Below, piece after piece: positions 1-9,283 of a stretch of DNA of 40,000 bases (positions are counted from its first letter, which is position 1; every line of letters starts with the position of its first letter). The DNA comes from Methylophaga aminisulfidivorans (GTDB lineage Bacteria > Pseudomonadota > Gammaproteobacteria > Nitrosococcales > Methylophagaceae). Made by a program: the position numbers and the translations under genes. The stretch is taken from positions 4,396 through 44,395 of the forward strand of contig DRHY01000046.1 of NCBI GenBank assembly GCA_011052985.1, in the 5' to 3' direction. Under the pieces are notes generated by a model. The model searched no databases. It was not told where the DNA came from and saw only the letters and a program-made list of their open reading frames with translations.

Positions 1-423
1 AGTCAACGTTCCACCAGAGACCGCGATGTACGCCCCCAAACTGTCTCTACCTGTAACGTTAAGTCTGATTATTTTCCCAGCCGGATTATTTTCAACATAG
101 TCATATGCTTTGATGGGATGTATTACAACATTCGCAGTGCCCTGCCATTTCAGAACATAAACACCTGTCTTTATTTTCATTTCTCTGTCATTATGCAACA
201 ATCTAACTGTTGCATTTGTCGCATCAAAATATCCGTCAGATTCCCAGCTGGGCGTTCCGCTGGTAACTGATACCGCTGCGTTTCTCAAAATATTAATGAA
301 AGGTCTGGATGGGCTTGCTATATCAAAAAAAGTCGTGTTCTGACTTAAAAGCATTTTCTTGCCAGTGAACACTTTCCCATCATTGAAATAAGCTTCTTTC
401 GTATTATCTTTATTAACAATCAT
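1..423 (-). CDS. Hypothetical protein in the tail-fibre region. N-terminal 141 codons only; the ORF runs off the left edge.
   Basis: Own reading of the minus strand. ATG at 423..421 overlaps the TGA of the upstream ORF (ATGA). The frame stays open to position 1 (MIVNKDNTKEAYFNDGKVFTGKKMLLSQ...). It is absent from the ORF track because it is truncated. Confidence 0.5.
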   Translation of the reverse strand, partial: MIVNKDNTKEAYFNDGKVFTGKKMLLSQNTTFFDIASPSRPFINILRNAAVSVTSGTPSWESDGYFDATNATVRLLHNDREMKIKTGVYVLKWQGTANVVIHPIKAYDYVENNPAGKIIRLNVTGRDSLGAYIAVSGGTLT

Positions 424-695
424 GAGATTTCCAGCGAGTAAGTTGTGCCGTGTTTCAGGTCATCACTTGGGCCTTCAACAGTGAAATTATCAGCATCAAT
501 AACAACGATATTTGTACAAGCAATCCCACCTAACTTAATTGTTGAGCTACCCGTTACACCATGATTTCTGAGCCTAACTGTCGTTAAGTCACCTTCGGCA
601 GAGTCATATACTTTGCCGCCTGAGAGGTTTACATCGCCACCACCGCCCCGCTTCATCAAACCAACAATCGCCGCCAAAACCGATTTACTAAGCAT
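420..695 (-). CDS. Hypothetical protein (91 aa from the internal ATG)
   Basis: ORF track 420..725. ATG at 695 has GGAG about 9 nt upstream (MLSKSVLAAIVGLMKRGGGG...). The track start at 725 lies inside the upstream terminator. Confidence 0.5.
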   Translation of the reverse strand: MLSKSVLAAIVGLMKRGGGGDVNLSGGKVYDSAEGDLTTVRLRNHGVTGSSTIKLGGIACTNIVVIDADNFTVEGPSDDLKHGTTYSLEIS

Positions 696-711
696 GTATT
701 TTCTCCGGGCA

Positions 712-734
712 TAAAAAAACCGCAATTAAGCGGT
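712..734 (-). terminator. Rho-independent terminator candidate
   Basis: Minus strand reads ACCGC-TTAATT-GCGGT followed by T7. It lies just after the stop of the 759..1028 ORF. Confidence 0.6.
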
Positions 735-758
735 CTTGGTTTTTATTAGTCATTGGAT

Positions 759-1028
759 TTATGCTGCTGGAGCTTCCCACTCAGTAAATGAGATTGCAGC
801 TTTCCCAATGTCACATTTAATCCATGCTTTTTTAGTTGATAGCTTTGGGAACTCTTCCGAACGCTTTAGCACTGTGCCCTTGATGGATTCTCCAGGCTCT
901 GTTGATGCTGTTTCTGCATAACGGCAGGTGGCTCCATCGTTGCAGACTAGACCTTCAAGCCCGTCAGCCGCGGATATTTCTACCCAACCATCAGCGGGTA
1001 TTACTTCATATGTAATTGAGGTAGACAT
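759..1028 (-). CDS. Hypothetical small protein (89 aa), bracketed by terminators
   Basis: ORF track 759..1040. ATG at 1028 has GGAG 8 nt upstream (MSTSITYEVIPADGW...). Confidence 0.55.
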   Translation of the reverse strand: MSTSITYEVIPADGWVEISAADGLEGLVCNDGATCRYAETASTEPGESIKGTVLKRSEEFPKLSTKKAWIKCDIGKAAISFTEWEAPAA

Positions 1029-1051
1029 TCTTATCTCCATCTAATAGGCGT

Positions 1052-1072
1052 AAAAAAACCGCTTTCGCGGCC
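1052..1072 (-). terminator. Rho-independent terminator candidate
   Basis: Minus strand reads GGCCGC-GAAA-GCGGTT followed by T7, downstream of the 1097..1378 ORF. Confidence 0.55.
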
Positions 1073-1096
1073 TTGGGTTTTGGGTTTGGTGTTTGG

Positions 1097-1378
1097 TTAG
1101 TATTGACGGACTATTTTCTGAGCGTTAGTAAAGTCAGTGAGCCACGCTTTGTAACAGTGCTTTTTTTGAAATGGACTGAATATAAAATCTACTACCTTCA
1201 TTGCTCTATACCATCCAGCGTCACCGTCTAATTCGCCCTGACGGAAACACCTGGCACTGATTGACTCGTCAGGATTGCCGCCTAAAAGTAAGCCATTTGC
1301 AGATTGGCTTAATAGCGTTAGAGCATTAAAGAAACGAACACTGATGAATGACTTAACTTTGCTGAGTATTGATGTCAT
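1097..1378 (-). CDS. Hypothetical protein (93 aa)
   Basis: ORF track 1097..1450. The internal ATG at 1378 (MTSILSKVKSF...) avoids most of the overlap with the upstream gene, which ends at 1353. Confidence 0.5.
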   Translation of the reverse strand: MTSILSKVKSFISVRFFNALTLLSQSANGLLLGGNPDESISARCFRQGELDGDAGWYRAMKVVDFIFSPFQKKHCYKAWLTDFTNAQKIVRQY

Positions 1379-1871
1379 TGAATAAGTCCTGCATCCAAGG
1401 TTTATCTTTACCCATTGCTGTGTATGCAGATACAGACATGGTGTCATCAATATCTATATCACCCGCAATAATCCACTCATCCCACATATCAGGATTAGCA
1501 ATCATCAAGGCGCGTAACTTAACCCACAAGCTATCTGTTTCGCCTTCTTCTGTGATTTGTTCTAGCTTGCGTTTGAGTTTGAGTTTTGAGACTGTGGAGT
1601 AATTGATAGGCTCAGGAGTTGGTTCTGTATCCTGCCAGCCTTCTGGTGTTTCGTCTTCTTTGAGAATTTCTTGCGATGTGACCAAATTATTCACTAACTG
1701 ATAAACAGTTCTTTTGTCGCCGCTATAGATAAATGGCTCGCCATTTCGAATGCTGACTTTTTTACCCGATAGGATGGAATTTCTAAGCTCAACATATTTC
1801 TCATCTGTTATTTCAATAGCATCATCAATAAAACCTTTACTAATCAAATCACCTTTCATGTATGCAGTCAT
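1353..1871 (-). CDS. Possible tail fibre assembly/chaperone protein
   Basis: 172-aa acidic ORF immediately downstream of the tail fibre gene, with a 1-nt overlap. The function is assigned by position only. Confidence 0.4.
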   Translation of the reverse strand: MTAYMKGDLISKGFIDDAIEITDEKYVELRNSILSGKKVSIRNGEPFIYSGDKRTVYQLVNNLVTSQEILKEDETPEGWQDTEPTPEPINYSTVSKLKLKRKLEQITEEGETDSLWVKLRALMIANPDMWDEWIIAGDIDIDDTMSVSAYTAMGKDKPWMQDLFNDINTQQS

Positions 1872-2662
1872 TATGCGATCCTCATGTAAAATGTTGCCTC
1901 ACGGGCTTTAATTTGGTTTCGGCTTGCAGTTCTAACAACGCGAGAGGCATCAAATGTAAATCCTCTTCCTATATTCAATGAGCCACCATCTGCATTTGCA
2001 TTTGCATAACCAGATGGCCCTGCTAATGCACCACTACCAGATGTTATTTGTGCCCTGTCCGTACCTATTGAGCCCGTGATGTTTCTAATGGCATCCAGAA
2101 TCAATGTTCCTGATGATTCACCCGGGATGACAGCTGATTTTTCACTGTTTATTAGGTTTACCACCTGCCCGTTCATAGGGCTTGCTGCATAACTAATAGT
2201 AGCCGTGACTGTGACATCTTCTGGGTCGCCTAACCCGCCGCCATCTGCTAATGTCTCACCTGCAAGAAGACCTTCGTTGTACTCACCTACACCATCCTCA
2301 CCAGCAGTTAATTTGATATATTTCACTGTGCCTGAGTTATCAGGCTCATCAACACCGGGAATGTGGTCCCATATCTGTAATAAACCACCTACAGGAGCAT
2401 GAGTCGTATTGTTAGCGATAATCTGCTTCAATCCATTTAAAAAGTCTGATACTTGTGCAGTATCTGGATCGCCGCTGGGCGTGATACCGCCTTCTAACAA
2501 AACAGCGTCACGACTACCTAAAAAATCGTTCATCCACGCTACTTCTAATGGAGTCCCATCCTCAGATGAAGGTGTTGAATCATTTCGGAAACTCCCAGAC
2601 GGGTAATCTAAAGACGCTGCATCAGCATTGTCTGGATATTTCGTTTTTACATTTATTGCCAT
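1871..2662 (-). CDS. Tail fibre protein
   Basis: The N-terminus (YPDNADAASLDYPSGSFRNDSTPSSEDGTPLEVAWMNDFLG) resembles the conserved N-terminal attachment domain of many phage tail fibres. The gene follows baseplate J and a DUF2612-like gene. Confidence 0.7.
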   Translation of the reverse strand: MAINVKTKYPDNADAASLDYPSGSFRNDSTPSSEDGTPLEVAWMNDFLGSRDAVLLEGGITPSGDPDTAQVSDFLNGLKQIIANNTTHAPVGGLLQIWDHIPGVDEPDNSGTVKYIKLTAGEDGVGEYNEGLLAGETLADGGGLGDPEDVTVTATISYAASPMNGQVVNLINSEKSAVIPGESSGTLILDAIRNITGSIGTDRAQITSGSGALAGPSGYANANADGGSLNIGRGFTFDASRVVRTASRNQIKAREATFYMRIA

Positions 2663-3312
2663 TATTGACCCCTATATCTTCTCGCCCTGATATTCTCTTG
2701 CCCAGCTCTTACCGCGTCAGCAGTTGGAGCGGCCCTGTAGTAATCTGATTTCTCTGTAATGCCTAAAAACTGAACGCCTTGCGGCCTCTGAATTAAGTCA
2801 GAGTTAAATAATGACCACCTTGTTAAATCATTAATTTGACCGGAAAACTCAATACCAAACGTCATATCCTGATTATCGAAAACAGAGATGTATTCAATAT
2901 TTGGAGCTATGATCATCATCTGTTTTAATATGCTTCGGATAGTTGCGTCACCATTGTTTTTAGCTATTTTGGCTTTAATGGCAATACGAAGAAGACCGTC
3001 TGACATAGCTGAATCTGATGCAGCTGTTTTAGCTGCTGCTCTTGAACCATCACCAGCCCTCGCCTGCGTCGATACAACGGCATCAGCTCTTACCTGTTCA
3101 AGAGGAATGTTGGCTATAAATCCGCGATCAATAACGACGATTCTTGCAATGATGTCGAGCTGTTCACCTGCCGCCGTATCAATATCGTATGAATATCTAA
3201 CCGCTTCAGCCGCAGCTTCTATATCACCGCCTAGTTTACGGGCAATATTCATCCAATCGACCAGCTTCGGCTTAGTCCGATATTGACTGTAAATTCTATC
3301 TGGAAGATTCAT
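2662..3312 (-). CDS. Baseplate/tail-fibre adaptor protein (DUF2612-like)
   Basis: ORF track 2662..3348. ATG at 3312 overlaps the baseplate J stop (TAATG) and gives MNLPDRIYSQYRTKPKLVDWM.... The position after baseplate J is typical for this family. Confidence 0.6.
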   Translation of the reverse strand: MNLPDRIYSQYRTKPKLVDWMNIARKLGGDIEAAAEAVRYSYDIDTAAGEQLDIIARIVVIDRGFIANIPLEQVRADAVVSTQARAGDGSRAAAKTAASDSAMSDGLLRIAIKAKIAKNNGDATIRSILKQMMIIAPNIEYISVFDNQDMTFGIEFSGQINDLTRWSLFNSDLIQRPQGVQFLGITEKSDYYRAAPTADAVRAGQENIRARRYRGQ

Positions 3313-4532
3313 TAGGCAATCGTCACACTGATATTTGATGCCGTCCACCGGCTTAACTCGTTATACGCAATCGCCTGATTGGTTGTTGCGCCATTAACTG
3401 TAAGCGCCGATACATAGGCGTTGCCGTAAGGCTCAATCACATGGTTTATTGGTGTATATAAACTGCTATAAGGTACTGACTCGCCTATTTCAAAACCTCT
3501 ATTTCTAAACCCGCATGAGGGAGAAGTCATTGACCCGTTGGCAAACTCAAGAAAGGCTTCTTGTATTAGGTTTTCAATGTCTTCCGGTAATTCATCATTG
3601 TCATCAGTCAGCTCAATAGCGATCACCATATCGACATAAGTTGGTCGATTAAAGAGAATAGGCTGTGTATTTGTTGGATATTCTTCGTCTGTCACGATGA
3701 CGGTTACATCATCACCGACATCAACTAATGGTGGCCCCGGGTTTTTCTTTAAATAAATCGCATAAGCGACATCGTAATCATCACCACCATCTACGATGAC
3801 GGCTATCGAGTGAGCAGGTAAACCGTGAGGATTGAATACTGGATCAACAGTTGCGGAGCCAGTAAAGTTCTCGTAAACCCTAGCACGCCTGACTCCATCC
3901 ACCGCATATAATTCACCAAGCGTTGATCCAACCTGATTTGAGCCTGGTCTAGCAACAGACGCTTTACGCTTTAAACGTAATGATGCATCACTTTCTTTTG
4001 TTGTGCCTGGTGTAGCTGGTGAAGGATTGGTAACGCTCACAACCCCTGACATGGTAGTAATGATTTTAGTCAACGTTCCAGCATCAGCTTGAGTCTGACC
4101 GATAGCGGTACAGGTTGCTGTAGCGGTGGCCTGCCCTGAACCATCCAAGGTATAATCCTGATCAATCACCCATCTTGAACCCGTTGTTTCTGATTCAATA
4201 ATGGCACCGGACAAAACCGTTGCGCCGGGATTGCCACTGAATAACAACTCAACGTCTGAAGGTGTACCCAGTGATCTAGTGGTGAATGTCAGAGCAGAGA
4301 CAATATCTAACTCTTTACCGCGCGCTTTGTTTGGGTCTTTTGAGTTGTAGGCTTGCTGCAGTGTTTCATCGAGTGCAGAGAACGCCTCTGCATCATGAGC
4401 CATTTTTAAACCATCTGGCGTTGAGGGATCGAGATTCCAATCAGCATCAATATCTAAATAAAGTTGACGCTCTTCATCGTACCACTCGTTCTGAGTTTTT
4501 AACTTATAACCCTGAGCTGTCAACTGTGCCAT
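3312..4532 (-). CDS. Baseplate J-like protein
   Basis: 406 aa, placed between a small wedge protein and the fibre adaptor. Sequence blocks are typical of the Baseplate_J family (P2 gpJ / Mu gp47 type). Confidence 0.8.
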   Translation of the reverse strand: MAQLTAQGYKLKTQNEWYDEERQLYLDIDADWNLDPSTPDGLKMAHDAEAFSALDETLQQAYNSKDPNKARGKELDIVSALTFTTRSLGTPSDVELLFSGNPGATVLSGAIIESETTGSRWVIDQDYTLDGSGQATATATCTAIGQTQADAGTLTKIITTMSGVVSVTNPSPATPGTTKESDASLRLKRKASVARPGSNQVGSTLGELYAVDGVRRARVYENFTGSATVDPVFNPHGLPAHSIAVIVDGGDDYDVAYAIYLKKNPGPPLVDVGDDVTVIVTDEEYPTNTQPILFNRPTYVDMVIAIELTDDNDELPEDIENLIQEAFLEFANGSMTSPSCGFRNRGFEIGESVPYSSLYTPINHVIEPYGNAYVSALTVNGATTNQAIAYNELSRWTASNISVTIA

Positions 4533-4872
4533 TGTATAAAACCTCTGTTTCGCCGAATTTTGTTAGCACATAACTTGATACAGTTATGGTTCTTTTTTGC
4601 AGGTCATAATCAAGATTGAAAGATAGAAGTCTTACTACGCCTGGTGTGCGTGCAATCCTATTTCTCAGTAAAGATTCGACATTATTCAAATTGCCGAACT
4701 TGCCAAGTATCTGCTGAAACCAAGGAGTACCATCTGTTACATCACGGAAATACTCACCTAAAAACAGATTTAAGCGTGTAACGCAGGTTTGCGCTATTTC
4801 TTCTCTGCCGGATATAAAAATATCGCCATAAGTGACGATATCGCCGTTCTCATCTAATGCTCTTACCGTCAT
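4504..4872 (-). CDS. Small baseplate wedge protein (gp25/W-like position)
   Basis: 122-aa ORF directly upstream of baseplate J and overlapping the spike gene. Assigned mainly by synteny. Confidence 0.55.
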   Translation of the reverse strand: MTVRALDENGDIVTYGDIFISGREEIAQTCVTRLNLFLGEYFRDVTDGTPWFQQILGKFGNLNNVESLLRNRIARTPGVVRLLSFNLDYDLQKRTITVSSYVLTKFGETEVLYNGTVDSSGL

Positions 4873-5549
4873 ACTGGTGGCCCCGAGTTTCCTGCGCCTG
4901 GATCAACGCCTGAGTGAACATGATCTTCACCACTAATCGCACCGTCTCCCCACACAATATTTTCAGGTGTAGTGATAAGTCCTTCAGGAGTGATGACAAC
5001 ATTATTAATTGTGACCGTTCCATCTGCTGCCATGCGTATATGTCCTAGTCCGTTTTCAATCTCAATGCTGTCGTCGTTCTTTAGCCATGCAAACTGACTG
5101 CCTGTTTTGTTCCTTAGCCTGATACCGTTGTTCTGAAAATCAGCAAGCACGTTGCCGTTACTGCGAAATCCAGGAATAAAAAACGCATCTTGTAAATCAT
5201 GCATACGTCCTATTGGATTCTGTGCGATGCCGCCTGTGTTTTTCCAGCCATCTGTACACCGCTGAGAGAATACAATCAGCCCTTCACAGCCTTTATTGAT
5301 CTCGTATTCAATGCAGTAATCGCCACCAGGGAAATGCACCGGCACATCAATAATCGGCTTTAGTGCAAACGAAGCACCATTTACATCAACACGCTCAATA
5401 CCTACTTGTATCTGTGCACGCTGCTTGCTACCTGAATCAATCAATGAAATAACGTAGCCAGGAACGCAGGTATAAACGCCCTTCATTAACTCTCTAAAGG
5501 CGGACTCAATCATTCCAGATGAGCTATTCGTGTTAGGTGAATTACTCAT
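4869..5549 (-). CDS. Baseplate central spike protein (phi92 gp138-like / gpV-like)
   Basis: 226 aa. The N-terminal OB-fold-like region (VYTCVPGYVISL...PIIDVPVHFPGG) and the C-terminal HVHSG (HxH) tip motif are typical of spike proteins. The gene follows the hub gene. Confidence 0.65.
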   Translation of the reverse strand: MSNSPNTNSSSGMIESAFRELMKGVYTCVPGYVISLIDSGSKQRAQIQVGIERVDVNGASFALKPIIDVPVHFPGGDYCIEYEINKGCEGLIVFSQRCTDGWKNTGGIAQNPIGRMHDLQDAFFIPGFRSNGNVLADFQNNGIRLRNKTGSQFAWLKNDDSIEIENGLGHIRMAADGTVTINNVVITPEGLITTPENIVWGDGAISGEDHVHSGVDPGAGNSGPPV

Positions 5550-6961
5550 CGTAGATACTTAAGCCCTTGTTTATAGCTGTCATTAACACGCTCAACTGCT
5601 TCGCCGCGAGTAATCGTGTCATCACCGTTTTTATCGAGTCCAGAGTTTTGTGCGTACTCTCTCGCGTACTTGCCGACCTTTTGCCAAAGCACGTATGAAT
5701 CAGGTCGATTAATTCCGGCAGGCCACAACACAGCCATGTAAGCATCGCCTATATTTCTAATGCGGCTTGCATAGTCTTCATAGTAGCGTTCAACAAAATC
5801 AAGCTGCTGTACCGCTGTCATTCTGGATAAGGCCGCTGTGCTGGTGCCTAAATAGCGCGCCGTTGATGGTATAAACTGAATTAAGCCCGTTGCACCTGAT
5901 TTGTTGAATGCTGACGGACTAAATGAGTTGCCCGTTTCAAATGCAATTACCGACATAATCCAGTCAGCATTAATGCCGAGATTGTCAGAAATTTCTCTGA
6001 TCTTGGCCCTAAATTCTTTTGATACTTTCGCGCCCCACACTAATGAGCCCGTTGATTGCTGTGCATCAATACTAGGCGCTTGCTCTGTAGCTGCTACACC
6101 CGGTCTAATCGCATCAATCATTAAATCCCAATCGTTGCCGTGGCTATCGCCTGAGTAAGACATTGAAAGCACGTTATAAACACCATTAGCGGATGAGTCA
6201 CCGGATAGCGGTGCAATAAAGATATTGCCCGTATTAAACGTACTGAACTCAGATTTAACGTTAATTCGGCTAGTTGTTCTTATGTATGGGTTTATACGCA
6301 TATTAACGTTAACCCCAAGACCGTCAGGTCCGCGATTAACTTCTGGCACACCAACCATTCCAGTGTATTGATTAACCTCAAATATCGGTGTTTTACGCGC
6401 TTTACCTTTCCGGGTAATAACCAGCGTTCCGCGCTCATTAACCCATGTGAAGTCGAACTGATATGCCAGATCGTTTAATATTTTTGGTATGTCGCCATCA
6501 GCAATAAAGCCACTGATAAAGACGGGGTTGTCATTAAACTGTGTTTCATCCAGTTCAAGTCGTCTAGGCCATGAATTAGCTAAATCTTTTAATACATCAA
6601 CAATCTTTGTGCCTGCGCCGTATGAGGAATTTGCCGATCCTCTGTCATTGGCTGGAGAACCTGATCGACATAGCATGCGTGTTGCCGTGCTTGCGCCTTC
6701 ACGCTCTGGCAAAACATTGGTAATTATTCCGTTAAAAATCTGATCAACACTGTTTTCATATCCAGCCTTTAGCGTGATAGCTGAACCTTTACTTATCACG
6801 CTGCTCTTAGCTAAGTTATACAGCCTGATATCTGCAAATGATTGTGTATTTTGAGGTGAAACAATCACATCAAAGACAATTCTTAACTGTCTGTCTCTCC
6901 CACCCCTTGCAAACTCAACCCCATCAATATCAAGTTGCCAGCGTCTTAAGTATTGAGACAT
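5546..6961 (-). CDS. Baseplate hub protein with a C-terminal lytic transglycosylase (SLT-like) domain
   Basis: 471 aa. The N-terminus resembles gpD/gp27-type hubs. The C-terminus carries IAFETGNSFSPS...ATGLIQF...AY motifs characteristic of SLT-family muramidases. Confidence 0.75.
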   Translation of the reverse strand: MSQYLRRWQLDIDGVEFARGGRDRQLRIVFDVIVSPQNTQSFADIRLYNLAKSSVISKGSAITLKAGYENSVDQIFNGIITNVLPEREGASTATRMLCRSGSPANDRGSANSSYGAGTKIVDVLKDLANSWPRRLELDETQFNDNPVFISGFIADGDIPKILNDLAYQFDFTWVNERGTLVITRKGKARKTPIFEVNQYTGMVGVPEVNRGPDGLGVNVNMRINPYIRTTSRINVKSEFSTFNTGNIFIAPLSGDSSANGVYNVLSMSYSGDSHGNDWDLMIDAIRPGVAATEQAPSIDAQQSTGSLVWGAKVSKEFRAKIREISDNLGINADWIMSVIAFETGNSFSPSAFNKSGATGLIQFIPSTARYLGTSTAALSRMTAVQQLDFVERYYEDYASRIRNIGDAYMAVLWPAGINRPDSYVLWQKVGKYAREYAQNSGLDKNGDDTITRGEAVERVNDSYKQGLKYLR

Positions 6962-7254
6962 TAAGGTGTCCAGTTAAGCGAGTTATCAATACCTAAATTA
7001 TCTAGCGTGACTTCTTCACCAATAAAGACCATTGAGCCTATACCAAGTTGATAGCCACCGATAATGTTAGCGTTTGGTTCTAACATAGCGCCGTAAATTA
7101 GCGGTGTTCCATCACGGTATAAGTCAACTGTCCATGCAGGCTGTTCAAGATATGACACGTAGTTAATAACAAAATCGATGTAGTTGTTATCAAGCTGCAT
7201 AGAAAACTGCTGGTGAGCGTTTTCTGAACCTGCCAACAATGGAATGGTTATCAT
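6961..7254 (-). CDS. Hypothetical baseplate-associated protein
   Basis: 97-aa ORF coupled by overlaps to the flanking tail genes. Confidence 0.5.
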   Translation of the reverse strand: MITIPLLAGSENAHQQFSMQLDNNYIDFVINYVSYLEQPAWTVDLYRDGTPLIYGAMLEPNANIIGGYQLGIGSMVFIGEEVTLDNLGIDNSLNWTP

Positions 7255-7916
7255 ATATCCACCCCATCAAATTGCATTACTTGTTCAATCGCTGTTGTCT
7301 GTGCCGCTGTTGGCTCTAAACCTACTCTTTGACCACTTTTAACATCTGCTGCCGCCGCGCTTTTAGATGGATCGCCATCTGGCAATTGAGCTTGAGAAGG
7401 TTGCAGTAAACTTGGGAGTCTATCGAGCGTTATTAATTCTTGAAGCTCAGCGATAAACTCAAGGCCACCTTCGTTTTGTGCGTTACTTGTTCTACTTACG
7501 CGAGTAATGACCATATTAGCCAGATTCGCATCAACTGTATCCACATCAAAGGGTAGACCAACCACCATTAAATCAATAAGGAACTGTAAGGCGCTTGACG
7601 CTCTTGTGTCCTTTGAGCCAGACAGAAAACCAATAGATAAACCAGCAACAGTCGCTATGTATGGGTTGTTGCTGTCTAAATTGGTTCCAAGCCCGATAAA
7701 GTCAGTTAATATCGGCTTTATTGGATTATTACTAACGGCTCCTGTAATGAAATACTTAATTGGGTTAATGATTCGGTGATCGTTAACCATCGCTCCAGAC
7801 TCAACCGGATAGCGTGTTAATTGAATGCTGGCATCAATAGTGTCTTCTAAAACAGCATCAAGCTCATACCCTGCAAGCTTAGGTGATTGCCGAAATAGTA
7901 AATTAATGACGCTCAT
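7251..7916 (-). CDS. Hypothetical tail/baseplate protein (downstream of the tape measure)
   Basis: 221-aa ORF abutting the tape measure stop. Function assigned by position only. Confidence 0.5.
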   Translation of the reverse strand: MSVINLLFRQSPKLAGYELDAVLEDTIDASIQLTRYPVESGAMVNDHRIINPIKYFITGAVSNNPIKPILTDFIGLGTNLDSNNPYIATVAGLSIGFLSGSKDTRASSALQFLIDLMVVGLPFDVDTVDANLANMVITRVSRTSNAQNEGGLEFIAELQELITLDRLPSLLQPSQAQLPDGDPSKSAAAADVKSGQRVGLEPTAAQTTAIEQVMQFDGVDI

Positions 7917-9050
7917 TTATCGGACCGTAGTTGATTGCATATCATCGATAGTCGCCTGCTCGCGCCTTTCAATCACGTTCGTGACTTTTGACTCAATCGC
8001 TCGACCATCTAACTCAAGGGTAATGTCTAAATTGTTTTTAATTTCTGGTGATGCATATTTTGTCACTTCACCTGTACTTGTATCTCTAAAGGTGAAATCA
8101 GGCGTGATGGTTTTTACATCACTACTATCAACAGCGCCTTGACGCATATCATCAGCGCCCATCCAACCGCCGACAGTTGATTTTGTGTTATCCCATGCAT
8201 TACCAAGAAAGGACCATGACTTAAATGGATCGTCTTCACCTTCATACATTCGGTAAAGCATTCTTGCTGGCGTTTCCATGCCGACGAGGTTTGCAGTCTT
8301 GGCTACTATTGAGTTTTTGTTTTCATCAATAAAATTATTTACAGACTCAAATATCCCATTAATCCCTGGCAATAACTTTACTGCTAGAGCATTACTGACA
8401 CCCTCAATTCGCAGCTGAAGCTGAGCCATATTATCGACATATTTACGGGCAGCATCTGCCGCATCCTCAAAATTACCTGTTAACCTTGACACTTCAGCAA
8501 TTGATTTATCTAGCTCTTGCCTACCGCCTCTCAATGACTGCATCACCGCATCAGAGAAGCCGAATGAGTCCTGTAATATTCTTTGCTGGTCTTTGTTTAA
8601 TTCAGGTGTTAACTCAGCCAGTATTTTTATAAATTCTTCACCGTCTTTGGCCTGAGTCAGTGCGGTTGCATCAACGCCAGCTAAAGCGATGCTTTGGAAG
8701 TCACCAAAATCACCTTTGACTCTAAAATTAGTTAAAGCCGCCTCGACACGTTTTAATGCTTGCTCTGCTTCGCTGGCTTCACCGCCAAGCATGGCTAGTG
8801 CACCGCCATAGTCATGCACAAACTTGGTTGATGTATCCATGCCGGAAGTAGACAAATTAAGCTTATCTATACGGCTTCCAGCGTTAACAGCAGCAAGACC
8901 AGCACCGACCATGGCGCTCACCATTGCAGCGCCAGCAAATCCCGCCTTTGTTCTGAAGCTATCTAAGCCCTTATCAACTTTCTCAGAGCCTTTATCAAAG
9001 TCCTTTGTGTCAAGACCTACACCGACAAGGAAGTTTTTTATTGTATTCAC
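7917..9050 (-). CDS. Tail tape measure protein (short, 377 aa, GTG start)
   Basis: Ala/Gly-rich hydrophobic N-terminal segment and long helical regions. The gene lies after the chaperone pair and before the baseplate genes. Confidence 0.7.
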   Translation of the reverse strand: MNTIKNFLVGVGLDTKDFDKGSEKVDKGLDSFRTKAGFAGAAMVSAMVGAGLAAVNAGSRIDKLNLSTSGMDTSTKFVHDYGGALAMLGGEASEAEQALKRVEAALTNFRVKGDFGDFQSIALAGVDATALTQAKDGEEFIKILAELTPELNKDQQRILQDSFGFSDAVMQSLRGGRQELDKSIAEVSRLTGNFEDAADAARKYVDNMAQLQLRIEGVSNALAVKLLPGINGIFESVNNFIDENKNSIVAKTANLVGMETPARMLYRMYEGEDDPFKSWSFLGNAWDNTKSTVGGWMGADDMRQGAVDSSDVKTITPDFTFRDTSTGEVTKYASPEIKNNLDITLELDGRAIESKVTNVIERREQATIDDMQSTTVR

Positions 9051-9283
9051 TATTTATTCGCCACTGACGCTTTGTAATCGGCAATCATTTGATTCATTGT
9101 CTGATTAAACATTTCAACGTCCTCAAGTGAATATGTACCGTCATTAAGCTCAGCCCATTTACATAACGGTGGGCAGATACCGTGAATGCCTGTGCATGGG
9201 CGCATCAGGTGCCAGTTTATTGTTGATTTTCTTGCATTGCCTCTATTGCGGCGCTTTTTTCTTCTGCCCAGTAGGTAAAAAAA
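9050..9283 (-). CDS. -1 frame extension of the tail assembly chaperone (putative frameshift product, G/GT-type)
   Basis: Own translation. The -1 frame opens exactly at the slippery run and stays open for about 75 codons (..YLLGRRKKRRN...CKWAELNDGTYSLEDVEMFNQTMNQMIADYKASVANK*). It ends at a TAG that overlaps the tape measure GTG. Confidence 0.5.
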   Translation of the reverse strand, partial: FFYLLGRRKKRRNRGNARKSTINWHLMRPCTGIHGICPPLCKWAELNDGTYSLEDVEMFNQTMNQMIADYKASVANK

